Made by a program: the position numbers and the translations under genes
NCBI GenBank assembly: GCA_964447175.1
Contig: CAYURP010000004.1
Location: 58-64,057, forward strand
From: an uncultured Ignavibacteria bacterium
GTDB taxonomy: Bacteria; Zixibacteria; MSB-5A5; SM23-73-2
Direction: 5' to 3'
Length of the DNA: 64,000 nt
Part shown: piece after piece, positions 9,636-19,875 of the stretch
Position numbering within the stretch: position 1 is the stretch's first letter
Layout: the number at the start of each line of letters is the position of its first letter
The notes under the pieces: generated by a model
The model's input: only the letters and a program-made list of their open reading frames with translations
Databases searched by the model: none
Told to the model about the DNA's origin: nothing

Positions 9636-11795
9636 CTATGAAAGTGAATCTATACTCTGAGTGATTTTAGTACTCCAGGTTTGATCCGGTTTTAATCTCA
9701 TTTTCCAATTTGGAAATAATACCGAGGATTGGAAGTTTTTCTCAAAACCCGATTCTGACAGGGAAACTGTCAGGATGGGGAAATGCCACAGAAAAGCGGA
9801 CCTATCTGTTTTTAAATTTATATCTATTCTCAGTTTCTGATCTTTTATCCCGAATTCAAAGACACCCTGACTCTGAAATTTATCTAATAGCTTTTTTTCC
9901 TGATGATTTGTTCCGTTAATAAAATAAATCATTTTCCCATCTAATCCAGATGATGGAGTGAAATTGAACTCCACTCCAAACCACAGATCAACTGCTTCTT
10001 TAAAATTGTTCTTTATCAAATAGCTTATATCCCACAGGGAGCTATCGGCTTTGAGTATAATGGTTTTGGTTAAAGTCAGGGGAATTCTTCTATCTTTAAT
10101 CCAGATCCAGCCATCCCGGCTCAGCGTAAGCTTAAGTTTTTTCCCTTCCTTTTCGATCCTGGGTTGATAGGGCTGGTTGACAAAATCTCCCTGCTCGGGA
10201 TATTTACATCGAGAGAAACCATCAATTTGAGTACTATCCCCTAAGAAATGATCGATCAGAGAACCTCTTCTATACCAGTCATAGGTCAGATACTTCTCCA
10301 ATCCTTGCTCCTTGGTTAACACCAGGTCATGTATGCTGGCCACTTCTGTTTTGTTTTGGTTCTTTGATTTTTTTAAATCCGATATCTTTTTATGATATCC
10401 CTCCTCCCATCTGGAAAGGGAATTAATCAAATTGAAGGATTCAGGGACAAAATCCAACTCGTATAGAGCTCCTCCATATGAAGGCGAAAAATAAAGATTT
10501 AACCAGGCAGTGCTGATTAAAATATCGTCCTTTCCATCCTTATCCAGATCGAACAGCCGATAATCCACCCAATTTTCACTTTTGTGAGTTAACTGATTAT
10601 AGATTTTATCCCCGTGTATCAGGTGATTATACACTGCCTCCCTGAGGTGATAGAGGTATAACCCTCCGAAAACTCCATGCCAGTAAGGGCAGTTGCACTG
10701 GGATTTCCAGAGTTCATCCTGGGCTTGTTTAAGCTTTCCTTTTTCATGTTTTGCATTTGAGGAGCTTAACGAATGTATCCTTTCTGAAAGGTCTAACATC
10801 CTTTTATGGAGGTGATTTACCTCCGGGTATTTGGTTAAAAAGTTTCTCCAGAATCCACCTCTTACGAAAACGCCATACTTATCAAAAAGCTTTGAATCTT
10901 TAAGAAAATTCTCCAAGTTCTCATATTCTCTGAATCCCTGAGCCGGGAGAGACCACTGGGACATCTCGGCATAGGAGGAGGTGGGCAGATAAATTCTTCC
11001 TAAAGGGGGTAGTTTTTCCAATGCTTCGCTGAAATGAAGCATATTTATCCAATCGCTGTTTTTATCTATGGCTTTAAAAAATTTTAACATCCACTCATCC
11101 TCATAACAGTGTTTGTATGTACCGGGCCAGATGCCAAATTTTTCCCCGTCGTCAGCATAAACAATTAGAGGGTTATCTTCCTCCTGGGTGATTTTCTTAA
11201 AATATTGTAGTGTTTCCTCAGGTTCTTTAAAAGGTATAGTATATCTTAGGACTTGGCTGATAGGGAAGAGGTTGGTCACATAACCTTGTTCTTCTGTAAC
11301 ATAATATCCCAAAAGCTCTTTCTCGGATAATCCGGAGTATTTGAAATGGGTGTCATCCAGGATTACAAATTTAATCCCGGACTCAGAGATTATTTTAGGA
11401 AGATGGGGTTCCCAAACCCTTTCTGCCAGCCACATTCCCAAAGGGGTGGTTTTAAACTCCCCTTTTATGAATTGGGTTAGTTTTTGGATTTGACCCTTTT
11501 TGTCCCAATCCGGTATAACCGGAAGAATGGGCTCATAAAATCCACCGGTTAAAATTTCTACCTGCCTATTTTTAACCATCTGGGCGATCTCATCCATGGT
11601 TTCCGGATGATTGTTTTTTAGCCATTCCAAAAGGATACCGGAGTAATGTAAGGAGATTTTAAAGTTGGGATATTCTTTGAGCAGCTTCAAAAAGGGCCAA
11701 TAACAGCGCTGGTAAGCGTCCTGGAAGATGTGCTGGAAGTTTCCTATGGGCTGATGATTGTGAACCCCAAAGCAAAAGTTTATCTTTTGAGCCAT
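9636..11795 (-). CDS. Glycoside hydrolase family 57 enzyme (4-alpha-glucanotransferase/alpha-amylase-like).
   Basis: The N-terminus 'KINFCFGVHNHQPIGNFQHIFQDAYQRCYWPFL...HYSGILLEWL' matches the conserved GH57 N-terminal region, for example Thermococcus 4-alpha-glucanotransferase 'INFIFGIHNHQPLGNF...HFSGPLLEWI'. Confidence 0.85.
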   Translation of the reverse strand: MAQKINFCFGVHNHQPIGNFQHIFQDAYQRCYWPFLKLLKEYPNFKISLHYSGILLEWLKNNHPETMDEIAQMVKNRQVEILTGGFYEPILPVIPDWDKKGQIQKLTQFIKGEFKTTPLGMWLAERVWEPHLPKIISESGIKFVILDDTHFKYSGLSEKELLGYYVTEEQGYVTNLFPISQVLRYTIPFKEPEETLQYFKKITQEEDNPLIVYADDGEKFGIWPGTYKHCYEDEWMLKFFKAIDKNSDWINMLHFSEALEKLPPLGRIYLPTSSYAEMSQWSLPAQGFREYENLENFLKDSKLFDKYGVFVRGGFWRNFLTKYPEVNHLHKRMLDLSERIHSLSSSNAKHEKGKLKQAQDELWKSQCNCPYWHGVFGGLYLYHLREAVYNHLIHGDKIYNQLTHKSENWVDYRLFDLDKDGKDDILISTAWLNLYFSPSYGGALYELDFVPESFNLINSLSRWEEGYHKKISDLKKSKNQNKTEVASIHDLVLTKEQGLEKYLTYDWYRRGSLIDHFLGDSTQIDGFSRCKYPEQGDFVNQPYQPRIEKEGKKLKLTLSRDGWIWIKDRRIPLTLTKTIILKADSSLWDISYLIKNNFKEAVDLWFGVEFNFTPSSGLDGKMIYFINGTNHQEKKLLDKFQSQGVFEFGIKDQKLRIDINLKTDRSAFLWHFPILTVSLSESGFEKNFQSSVLFPNWKMRLKPDQTWSTKITQSIDSLS

Positions 11796-11809
11796 AAAAG
11801 GTTTTAACT

Positions 11810-12706
11810 TCAGAAAAGCTCGAACTTGAAGTATCTTTTAGGATTCTTCTTGATATCCTCAATTAGCTCATCGATGGATCTGGTAGTTTTCTTAAGATCC
11901 TGATATAAGCTTTTATCATTTATCATTTGACCCAATGTCCCTTCACCTTTTTCGATTTTTTCAGATAGCGTTTTTAAAGAAGCTGATAGCTCCTCTAAAG
12001 TTGAGGTGATTTTCACCAGGTCGTTTGAGGCGTGGCTGAACTTATCCAGGGTAGTATCCAGTTTGGGCTTACTTTGATCCACCATTATCTTCAATTCGGA
12101 GGATGCGTATGAAAGGTCATTTATCGACTGATCTATTTTGGGTTTGTTCTCCTTAAGCAGAGAAGCTAAATCCGAGGATAATTGGCTAACGTTTTTTATG
12201 GTCTCTTTTATCTTTTGCTCAGACCATTCGGTTCCCAGAGCGCCCTTTAGGTAACCGGTTAAGGTTCTGATCTCAGCGATCATCTGGCCCATCATCCCCA
12301 TTACTTCAGGAATGCCGGTATCATAAAAGCCTCTGGGTAATTGGGAGAGGTCTAAGGGTTTATCGCTGTGCCCGGGCTGAATGGCGATGAATCTTTCTCC
12401 CATCAAACCGATGTTCATCACTTTAAATTCTACATCCTCCATTAACTCTACGTCCGTGGTGAGATTAAATTTCACCAACACATCACCCTGGTAAAGTTTT
12501 ATTTGCTCAACCTCTCCCTTTTTCACCCCCAGAACCGTTACCGGATCTCCGATTTCTAAGGCTCCCACGTTGGGAAAAAGGACGTTTAAAGCATATCTTT
12601 CCTGCCTGAACCTGTATTCCTTAACCCATATGATTCCCCATACCAGAATGACAACAGCCAACGCTACGGCGATCCCCACCCTCAATTCAACTGATTGATC
12701 TCTCAT
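11810..12706 (-). CDS. MCE/MlaD-family protein (periplasmic lipid-trafficking component).
   Basis: It has an N-terminal TM helix and an MCE-domain-like region (YALNVLFPNVGALEIGDPVTVLGVKKGEVEQI). The C-terminal half is coiled-coil-rich. Confidence 0.65.
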   Translation of the reverse strand: MRDQSVELRVGIAVALAVVILVWGIIWVKEYRFRQERYALNVLFPNVGALEIGDPVTVLGVKKGEVEQIKLYQGDVLVKFNLTTDVELMEDVEFKVMNIGLMGERFIAIQPGHSDKPLDLSQLPRGFYDTGIPEVMGMMGQMIAEIRTLTGYLKGALGTEWSEQKIKETIKNVSQLSSDLASLLKENKPKIDQSINDLSYASSELKIMVDQSKPKLDTTLDKFSHASNDLVKITSTLEELSASLKTLSEKIEKGEGTLGQMINDKSLYQDLKKTTRSIDELIEDIKKNPKRYFKFELF

Positions 12707-12728
12707 AGTATTTCTTTTCTCCGGTATT

Positions 12729-13691
12729 TCACTCTATATCGCTTTCCAGATAATCTCTAACCTTCATCTTCCGGTTAATTTCCTCGGTGAGCCTTTTGGA
12801 GAATTTTTCAGCTGGATGCTGACCGTAAATCTTGAGCATATGGTTCATGGCTATTACCTCAGAGATGACGGTGATATTCTTTCCAGGGGAGATGGGAATG
12901 GTAACCACAGGTAACTCCACTCCCAGGATTTTAGTGAACTTGTCTTCAATGCCCAGCCTTTCATATTCCAATTCCTCTTCCCACCAGACCAATCTGACCT
13001 CTACCTCAATTCTCTTTTGAATCCTGATGGCTCTAATTCCAAAGAGTTTTTCCAAATCTATAATACCCACGCCTCTTATCTCCATGTGATGACCCAGAAA
13101 CTCGTATCCGGTTCCCACGATTACATCCGGGGTTTTTCTGATCACCTTGATGATGTCGTCTGCAACCAGCCGGTGTCCTCTTTCCACCAGATCCAGAGCG
13201 CATTCGGATTTACCTATGCCTGATTTCCCGGTGTAAAAAAGACCCACACCATAAACATCCACCAGAGTACCATGTAAAGTAACTGAAGGGGCAAAGATGT
13301 TATCCAGATAAAGAGATAAACGATTAGTCAACTCTGCTGTGGAGAGGCGGGTTTGAAAAACTGAAGTGTGGTGGCTCTCCGCTATCTGAATCAGCTCCCG
13401 GGGAGGAATCAAACCTTTGGTTACAATCAGGCAGGGTATCTCAAAGTTAAATAAATTTTCTAAAAGTTTTATCCTTTTCTCCTGGTTCAAACTCTTGAGA
13501 TATGCCAGCTCGGTTTCTCCCAGAACCTGGGGTCTGTTATGAGCGAATCTGTCAGTAAAGCCAGCCAGCGCCAGACCCGGACGGTGAATCTGATTATGGA
13601 TTATCTTTTTTTTAAGTCCATCCCCGGAGGTTAATAAAGTTAGCTCAAAGAACTCCTTCCTGTCCTTATATAGCTTCTCCACAGTTATCAT
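12729..13691 (-). CDS. hprK: HPr kinase/phosphorylase.
   Basis: It carries the Walker A motif 'GKSGIGKSECALDLVERGHRLVADD'. It lies downstream of rpoN-hpf, as in canonical clusters. Confidence 0.9.
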   Translation of the reverse strand: MITVEKLYKDRKEFFELTLLTSGDGLKKKIIHNQIHRPGLALAGFTDRFAHNRPQVLGETELAYLKSLNQEKRIKLLENLFNFEIPCLIVTKGLIPPRELIQIAESHHTSVFQTRLSTAELTNRLSLYLDNIFAPSVTLHGTLVDVYGVGLFYTGKSGIGKSECALDLVERGHRLVADDIIKVIRKTPDVIVGTGYEFLGHHMEIRGVGIIDLEKLFGIRAIRIQKRIEVEVRLVWWEEELEYERLGIEDKFTKILGVELPVVTIPISPGKNITVISEVIAMNHMLKIYGQHPAEKFSKRLTEEINRKMKVRDYLESDIE

Positions 13692-13709
13692 CTTAGGTGT
13701 TCCATATAA

Positions 13710-14075
13710 TTATAATATTTGTTCCTCCTGCTCCGATTCTGAACCTTTGTTTTCCGATTGTGTTTTTATGGCTTGTCCTTCTTTGGGCTTTTTGTCCTGC
13801 AATTTAGCTTTGTATTTTTTTAATTGAGTTTCCATCTTGCCTACCACCTTCTCAATTGAATCGTGAAGATCATAAGATCGGTATTTACTGCTTAGAGTTG
13901 TGCCGTATACTTTGGTTTTGAGTTCTGCTGTAATTCTGTTTTTCTCCTGATCCAGAATCAGGTGGCAATCTATGATATGATTAAAAAATTTTCCCAGTCT
14001 TTTGATCTCCTTTTGGGAGAAATCTTTAAGATCATCATTCAGATCGAAATGTCGCGCGGTGGTCCTGATCTGCAT
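13710..14075 (-). CDS. hpf: Ribosome hibernation promoting factor / sigma-54 modulation protein.
   Basis: 'MQIRTTARHFDLNDDLKDFSQKEIKRLGKFFNHIIDCHLIL' matches the HPF/RaiA family. It is positioned after rpoN. Confidence 0.85.
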   Translation of the reverse strand: MQIRTTARHFDLNDDLKDFSQKEIKRLGKFFNHIIDCHLILDQEKNRITAELKTKVYGTTLSSKYRSYDLHDSIEKVVGKMETQLKKYKAKLQDKKPKEGQAIKTQSENKGSESEQEEQIL

Positions 14076-14159
14076 AAGATACTCCTTTCTTTTGTTTGGT
14101 CAATCATTTTGACCTGCGATTGCAGCCTGAATGAAAAAGTAAAAAGTGTAACTTCGGGA

Positions 14160-15029
14160 TCAATACTTCCTTACGCATACCGGGGCTGCTCCGTTATTGA
14201 AAAGGTAGTTTATCAGGTAAACTACGTCGGCGATGCTTACCCCCCTGGCCTGGTTCACATCACCTGAGAGCTCCGGACACAATTGGGGTCCGTTATTGAA
14301 CAACCAGTTTATCATATAGACTGCGTCCACTATGCTGGTTTTGCCATCCGCATTCACATCCCCGCATTTACACTGCAGCAGATTGCCACACCAGGTTTGA
14401 TTTAAATACAGGGTTCCGAAGTTGAATTGAGTTTCCACCAGGTGCCCCTCAGTATCCGAAACGAAGCCATTCACTACTATATGAGCGCTCCGATCCTGGG
14501 TGGTGTCGGGCATACACAAAACGTCCAGATACAGTTTAAAAAGAACGCCTGACCCCGGGGGTATGGGACTTCCTTCATGTGCCATTCCTGCTACCTTGAC
14601 CCAGTCACAATCCAGAAAAGCGGTATCTCCCAACTCTCCGTGAGTCTGTATCCATTCGAAATTCTGAACTAAAGTTCCTGCTGTCTGGATCCGGCAGAAA
14701 CGAACAGCTGATGTATCCCAGGGAACGCTACTGGAGTCGATTTGAACATTGATCTTTTGTGTGGTGAAATCGTTTTCCGCTGGACGTCCCAGGGTGAACA
14801 TCAGTTCGATTCCTCTAATGGGAACATCATTTTGAAGCAAGATCGTAACTGGTTGATAAGTTTTTCCGCTGGCCAGAGAGGTATCTCCCACAGTCACATA
14901 GGCTTGCATCTGGGGGAAGGCAAGGTCAGCCCCTTTTGTTAAAAAGAAAAGCCAGAAAAAAATAAAAACTGAAACGATTTGTCTTTTTCTCATCAGGTTG
15001 CTCCTTTTTCGGAATTTTCTCATTAGCAT
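14160..15029 (-). CDS. Secreted protein of unknown function with a C-terminal tandem dockerin module.
   Basis: It has a signal peptide. The C-terminus reads 'GDVNADGKTSIVDAVYMINWLFNNGP...GDVNQARGVSIADVVYLINYLFNNGAAP'. It sits between rpoN and hpf. Confidence 0.7.
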   Translation of the reverse strand: MLMRKFRKRSNLMRKRQIVSVFIFFWLFFLTKGADLAFPQMQAYVTVGDTSLASGKTYQPVTILLQNDVPIRGIELMFTLGRPAENDFTTQKINVQIDSSSVPWDTSAVRFCRIQTAGTLVQNFEWIQTHGELGDTAFLDCDWVKVAGMAHEGSPIPPGSGVLFKLYLDVLCMPDTTQDRSAHIVVNGFVSDTEGHLVETQFNFGTLYLNQTWCGNLLQCKCGDVNADGKTSIVDAVYMINWLFNNGPQLCPELSGDVNQARGVSIADVVYLINYLFNNGAAPVCVRKY

Positions 15030-15148
15030 TCTTTCCCCTAACTCCAGTACGTAAGGGAAACTCTTTCGTTATTAATTATTCGAACGCTTTCACCAATGGT
15101 TTGGTTCTAATTGGGAAATAATAACTAAACCTGAAAAGGAAACACATC

Positions 15149-16600
15149 TCACTCCACATCAGATAGAGAGGGTGGTAATATTGCCTCTTCAGAACTCTCC
15201 TCTTTGCTGGTAAGAAATTTCTTTCTAAACCTGGCCGGGAGTATTTTAAGTTCCTCTCTATATTTGGTAACTGTTCTTCGGGCGATATTTATCCCTTCTT
15301 TCTTTAACCTCAGATAAATTTCCTGATCCGAAAGGGGAGCGGTGGGGTTTTCTTTTCTTACTATCTCCTCGATAATCCTTTTGACATTTCTTCTAGACAG
15401 TTCCTCGCCGTCCTCTTTTTTCAATCCGGAGGTGAAAAAGTACTTAATCTCAAATACTCCCTGAGGGGTTTGCACATATTTATCATTAGCCACTCTGGAG
15501 ATGGTAGCTACATTCATTCCCACCCTTTCGGCAATGGTCTCCATGATCAGAGGTTTTATATGTTCAATTCCATGTTCAAAGAATTCTTTTTGTTCCTCCA
15601 CAATGGCTTCCATTACCTTTATCATGGTGCTTCTTCTCTGATTCAGAGCATTGAGAAACCATCGAGCCTGCTCCAGTTTCTGCCTTATATAATTTTTAGT
15701 TTCGGGTGAGGAACCGGAACTTTTTTTGATCATCTGCTTGTAGGTGGGATTGATTCTCAAGCGTGGGACGTTTTTGTCGTTATGAAAAACTACGTATTCA
15801 TTGCCAATTTTTTCCACCATCAGGTCCGGCACGACGGGGGAGGCGCCCTTGGTGAATCTTCCTGAGGCTGGTCTGGGAGAGAGATTTTTTATTATCTCCA
15901 TCGCCTTTTGAACTTCCTCGAAGCTGACCTTGAGCAATTTGGATAGTTGAAAAGGGCTTTTTTTATCCAGCTGGGATAGATGCTGGTTTATTATCTGATA
16001 GGCTAAGCTTTCTTTTAAGTCTTTCTGTTCCAGCTGAATGAGTAGTGATTCCTTTAAATTCCTGGCTCCCACGCCCGGGGGATCAAACGTTTGGATCAGC
16101 TTGAGTATACTTTTGATCTTTTCCGGATCGAATTTTAAGGCAGATATTATCTCCTCAATGGAGCAACTGAGATAACCATTCTCATCTATATTGCCGATGA
16201 TATACTCTCCGATTTCGATTTCCTCCCGAGTCAGTTTATTGAATTTGAGCTGCTCTAAAAGGTGGTCATACAGGCTTTTTTCCACTACCGGAACGGGTTC
16301 AAAATGTTCCACTCCCCTCTCTTTCTGGTATTTTGCCTTATAATCCGTATCATCGCCTAAATAATCCTCCCAGTCGATCTTGGATAGTTCTGGATCTTCC
16401 TTGGGTTCCTCCTTCACCTGCTCCAATTCCGGTTCCTCGGTTTCCTGAAGGGAATCCACTTCCTCCAGAAGGGGATTTGTGGAAAGTTCCTGGCGCAGGG
16501 TCTGCTCCAACTTCAAAATAGGCATCTGAAGCATACGCAGGGATTGAATGAGCTGTGGTGCAAGCACCTGCTTCAGTCTGGTTTCTAAACCGAGTCTCAT
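15149..16600 (-). CDS. rpoN: RNA polymerase sigma-54 factor.
   Basis: The N-terminus 'LKQVLAPQLIQSLRMLQMPILKLEQTLRQELSTNPLLEE' matches region I. The C-terminal RpoN box 'ARRTVTKYRE' is present. Confidence 0.95.
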   Translation of the reverse strand: MRLGLETRLKQVLAPQLIQSLRMLQMPILKLEQTLRQELSTNPLLEEVDSLQETEEPELEQVKEEPKEDPELSKIDWEDYLGDDTDYKAKYQKERGVEHFEPVPVVEKSLYDHLLEQLKFNKLTREEIEIGEYIIGNIDENGYLSCSIEEIISALKFDPEKIKSILKLIQTFDPPGVGARNLKESLLIQLEQKDLKESLAYQIINQHLSQLDKKSPFQLSKLLKVSFEEVQKAMEIIKNLSPRPASGRFTKGASPVVPDLMVEKIGNEYVVFHNDKNVPRLRINPTYKQMIKKSSGSSPETKNYIRQKLEQARWFLNALNQRRSTMIKVMEAIVEEQKEFFEHGIEHIKPLIMETIAERVGMNVATISRVANDKYVQTPQGVFEIKYFFTSGLKKEDGEELSRRNVKRIIEEIVRKENPTAPLSDQEIYLRLKKEGINIARRTVTKYREELKILPARFRKKFLTSKEESSEEAILPPSLSDVE

Positions 16601-16640
16601 AATTCTTCTCTTTTCTTATTTCATCGGTATAATTCGTAAT

Positions 16641-17366
16641 CTAATTTAATCTGAACTTCTCACCCAGATATATCTTTTTTGCCTCCGGATCTGAAGCTAA
16701 GAACTCCGCCGATCCTGATTTCAAAATCTCACCTTCACACATAATATACGCATGATCGGTGATGGATAAAGTCTCTCTCACGTTATGATCGGTGATTAAA
16801 ACACCTAAGCCTTTGTTTTTTAACTCGTAGACTATCTTCTGGATTCCCTCCACTTTTATAGGATCGATCCCGGAAAAAGGCTCGTCCAGTAATATGAAGC
16901 GGGGCTCATTCACTAAAGCCCTGGTTATCTCCAATCTCCTCCTTTCCCCTCCGGATAGGGAATAAGCTTTTCTGTTTGCCAGGTGGGCTATATCCAGATC
17001 GTTTAAGAGCGCATTTAGTTTTTTTTCCCTTTGGCCTTTGTCTTTTTTCTGCATCTCCAAAATAGCCAGGATGTTCTGTCTTACAGTCAGCTTTCTGAAG
17101 ATCGAGGGCTCCTGGGACAGGTAGCCGATCCCATTTTGTGCTCTTTTATACATGGCCAGATGGGTAATATCCTGATCGTCGATTAACACTTTTCCCTGAT
17201 CCGGTTTGATGAATCCGATGATCATGTAAAAAGTGGTGGTTTTCCCGGCACCATTAGGACCCAAAAGCCCCACAATCTCTCCTTGTTTTACCTGAATGGA
17301 GACCTCATTTACCACCCGACGTTTTTTGTAAATCTTGACCAGATTTTCCGTTCTGAGAATTGACAT
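16641..17366 (-). CDS. lptB: LPS export ABC transporter ATP-binding protein.
   Basis: 'GLLGPNGAGKTTTFYMIIGFIKPDQG' has Walker A and the ABC signature 'LSGGERRR'. It lies immediately upstream of rpoN. Confidence 0.9.
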   Translation of the reverse strand: MSILRTENLVKIYKKRRVVNEVSIQVKQGEIVGLLGPNGAGKTTTFYMIIGFIKPDQGKVLIDDQDITHLAMYKRAQNGIGYLSQEPSIFRKLTVRQNILAILEMQKKDKGQREKKLNALLNDLDIAHLANRKAYSLSGGERRRLEITRALVNEPRFILLDEPFSGIDPIKVEGIQKIVYELKNKGLGVLITDHNVRETLSITDHAYIMCEGEILKSGSAEFLASDPEAKKIYLGEKFRLN

Positions 17367-17387
17367 CTCTAATAAAGCTGAAAGCGA

Positions 17388-17936
17388 TTAGGGATTTGAG
17401 TTTTTCTTTTTTACGATCTCACCTTTCACTTCCGTTTTTATCTTGATATTTTTTAATTCCTGATCTGCCTCAAGTCCGTATCCGGTCATTACGTCTTCAT
17501 CCTTGGTAATTTTAACAAAGTCCTCGGTAGTTATTTTTCTTTTGTTAGGATCCCAGTTCAAGGTTTGAGTCTCCAGCTTAACTTTTTCGTCTGTTATCAC
17601 CTGCACATTACCCCACACGCCTAACATCTGTGACTTCTCTTTGATCCAGCCGCTGTCCGCCACCAAAAGGGAGGTATGCTCTCCCTTCTCGTCGAAAAAA
17701 TCCACCAGCAGACTTTCAGCCTGGGTAAGATCTTTATTGCTCCATTTGGATATTGTCTTTGCTTTTATCACCGTCGTCTTTACCCCGTTCTGAGTGAAAA
17801 CCATGGTGGCATTGCTCAGCACCTGATCAGGTAAATTCCTGGGTAATGGTGCTTTTGGGGGTTGCTCCCTCTGGCAGCCACCTAAAAGAACCACTATTCC
17901 TGATAGTAATATAATATGTCTTTTGAAATTGTCCAT
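17388..17936 (-). CDS. LptC/LptA (OstA-like) family LPS transport protein.
   Basis: It is a small periplasmic protein with an N-terminal signal/lipobox-like sequence (LLGGC). Its position between lpxL-like and lptB is where lptC/lptA normally sit. Confidence 0.5.
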   Translation of the reverse strand: MDNFKRHIILLSGIVVLLGGCQREQPPKAPLPRNLPDQVLSNATMVFTQNGVKTTVIKAKTISKWSNKDLTQAESLLVDFFDEKGEHTSLLVADSGWIKEKSQMLGVWGNVQVITDEKVKLETQTLNWDPNKRKITTEDFVKITKDEDVMTGYGLEADQELKNIKIKTEVKGEIVKKKNSNP

Positions 17937-17989
17937 ACCAATCTAATTTAATACGGGAAGCCAATAGCCCGGTATACATTTTTTTGATT

Positions 17990-18910
17990 CTAAAACTTTT
18001 CTCCAGATGAGGCTGGTCTTGACTTCCATCTCTCATGCATCCAAAGCCACTGAGAAGGATATTGTCGGATAATCTCCTCCAAAACTTCAGTATATTTCTG
18101 AGCCAAATCAGCGATGTCTTTATTTTTATCTCCCCGGGGCTGAAACTTCAACTCTGGTTTTACCATGATTTTATATTTTTCATTTTCATTCCTCAGGATA
18201 AACATAGGCACTAGGGGAGATCCCAATTTCAGATGGAGAACGGCGGGACCTGTGGGCGTTCGAGCGAGTTTTCCAAAAAAATTTACAAAGGCTCCCTTGA
18301 CCCGGCTTGAATCCTGATCAGCTAATACCCCTAAAATCCTTTTGCCTTTTAAGACCTTAATTATTTCCTTCAAATCATCAGAGGAGGATATGTTTTCAAG
18401 ACCCACGGATTGCCTATTTTTCACCAGTAATCTGTTCAACCTGGGATCATAAGCTTCCCGACCGATTACTGAAAGTTTATATCCTTTTAATGAAAGATAT
18501 GCAGCTAAAAGCTCGAAGTTACCGATGTGTCCGGTTAATCCAATTACCCCTTTTCCCTTTTTACAGGCAAGATCAAGATGTTCAATACCTTCTGCCCGAA
18601 TAATCCTATCGACCTGTGCAGGGCTAAGTTTTCTGAAACGCGCTACATCAATAGCATTTTTGCCTATGTTTTCGAATGTCTCCATTGCTATTTTTTCTAT
18701 CTGCTTTTTATTTTTGATTTGTCCCAGGGTGAATTTCAGGTTTTTTAGTGTGGTCTTACGAGCATTCCTCAGCAAAAAGAATGCCCCTCTTCCCATAATT
18801 TTTCCCAAAACTATGGCATTTTCCCGGGAGAGTAAATTGAAAAATATTATTAATGATGTTATGAATCTAAAGATAAGCCAGTGTTTGATTCTTTTCTTTG
18901 TTTTTCTCAA
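17990..18910 (-). CDS. Lipid A biosynthesis (Kdo)2-lipid IVA acyltransferase (LpxL/HtrB family).
   Basis: It has a lysophospholipid acyltransferase fold (GLTGHIGNFE...ADQD). It lies in the KDO/LPS operon. Confidence 0.7.
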   Translation of the reverse strand: MRKTKKRIKHWLIFRFITSLIIFFNLLSRENAIVLGKIMGRGAFFLLRNARKTTLKNLKFTLGQIKNKKQIEKIAMETFENIGKNAIDVARFRKLSPAQVDRIIRAEGIEHLDLACKKGKGVIGLTGHIGNFELLAAYLSLKGYKLSVIGREAYDPRLNRLLVKNRQSVGLENISSSDDLKEIIKVLKGKRILGVLADQDSSRVKGAFVNFFGKLARTPTGPAVLHLKLGSPLVPMFILRNENEKYKIMVKPELKFQPRGDKNKDIADLAQKYTEVLEEIIRQYPSQWLWMHERWKSRPASSGEKF

Positions 18911-18915
18911 GGTGT

Positions 18916-19875
18916 TTAAACCACGCCTGACTTCAAGAGATCGTGCAGATGTATTATTCCGGTGGGCTGGTTTTTGCCGTTGGTTATAATAAGGCAGGTG
19001 ATGTTATAAGCCTCCATCTCATTTAAAGCTTTGGCTGCCAGCTCCTCCCCCTGGATGGTCTTGGGATTTTTAGTCATTACCTCCCGGGCTTTGAGCTTGA
19101 AGATCTCATCTGTTTTTTCCACCAATCTTCTCAGATCCCCGTCAGTGAAGACGCCTACCAGCTCTTTATTATCGTTAACCACGGTCGTTGCTCCGAACCG
19201 TTTGGAGGTCATCTCCAGTATGACATCTTTCATATTGGTATTTTCATAGACCATGGGAATTTGATCGCCGGCGTGCATGATGTCGGTTACTCTTAGAAGG
19301 AGTCTTTTGCCCAGATGCCCGGCAGGATGGAGCAAGGCGAAATCTTCAGAGGAGAAGCCCCGTTCCTCAAGCAAAGTCAAAGCTAAAGCATCCCCCATAA
19401 CTAAAGCTGCGGTGGTGCTGGAGGTGGGAACTAAATTGTTGGAACAGGCTTCCTCATTCACCGAGACATCTATCACCACGTCCGCCTTTTCCGCCACCGG
19501 GGATTTTAAATTGCCGGTGAAGACAATTATGGGCACTCCCAGCCTTTTGATCAAAGGAATCATCTGATAAAGCTCATCGGTGCCACCGGATTTGGTAATG
19601 GCGATGACCACATCCTCCCGACAAACCATACCTAAATCCCCGTGAACCCCTTCTGCTGGATGTAAAAATATGGCTGCGGTTCCGGTGGAAGCTAAGGTGG
19701 CTGCAATCTTTTTTCCTATTATGCCTGATTTACCAATTCCCGTCACTATAACTTTCCCCTTACAGCCTAAGATCAACTCCAATGCCCTTACAAACTCTGA
19801 GTTTATCTTTTTCTCCAAATCAGAAATTGCCTTGGCTTCTTTTCTTATAATCTGGCGAGCTTTTTCCAATATCAT
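18916..19875 (-). CDS. kdsD: Arabinose-5-phosphate isomerase (SIS plus tandem CBS domains).
   Basis: 'KVIVTGIGKSGIIGKKIAATLASTGTAAIFLHPAEGVHGDLGMV' is a SIS domain. The C-terminal CBS pair follows. Its 3' end overlaps kdsC by 4 nt. Confidence 0.9.
   Translation of the reverse strand: MILEKARQIIRKEAKAISDLEKKINSEFVRALELILGCKGKVIVTGIGKSGIIGKKIAATLASTGTAAIFLHPAEGVHGDLGMVCREDVVIAITKSGGTDELYQMIPLIKRLGVPIIVFTGNLKSPVAEKADVVIDVSVNEEACSNNLVPTSSTTAALVMGDALALTLLEERGFSSEDFALLHPAGHLGKRLLLRVTDIMHAGDQIPMVYENTNMKDVILEMTSKRFGATTVVNDNKELVGVFTDGDLRRLVEKTDEIFKLKAREVMTKNPKTIQGEELAAKALNEMEAYNITCLIITNGKNQPTGIIHLHDLLKSGVV

Noticed and set aside
15030-15148. Looked for a sigma-54 (-24 GG / -12 GC) promoter upstream of the rpoN-adjacent dockerin gene.
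   Set aside because: The best candidate, TGGTGA-N5-TTCGA, has CG instead of the invariant GC at -12. It is not convincing.
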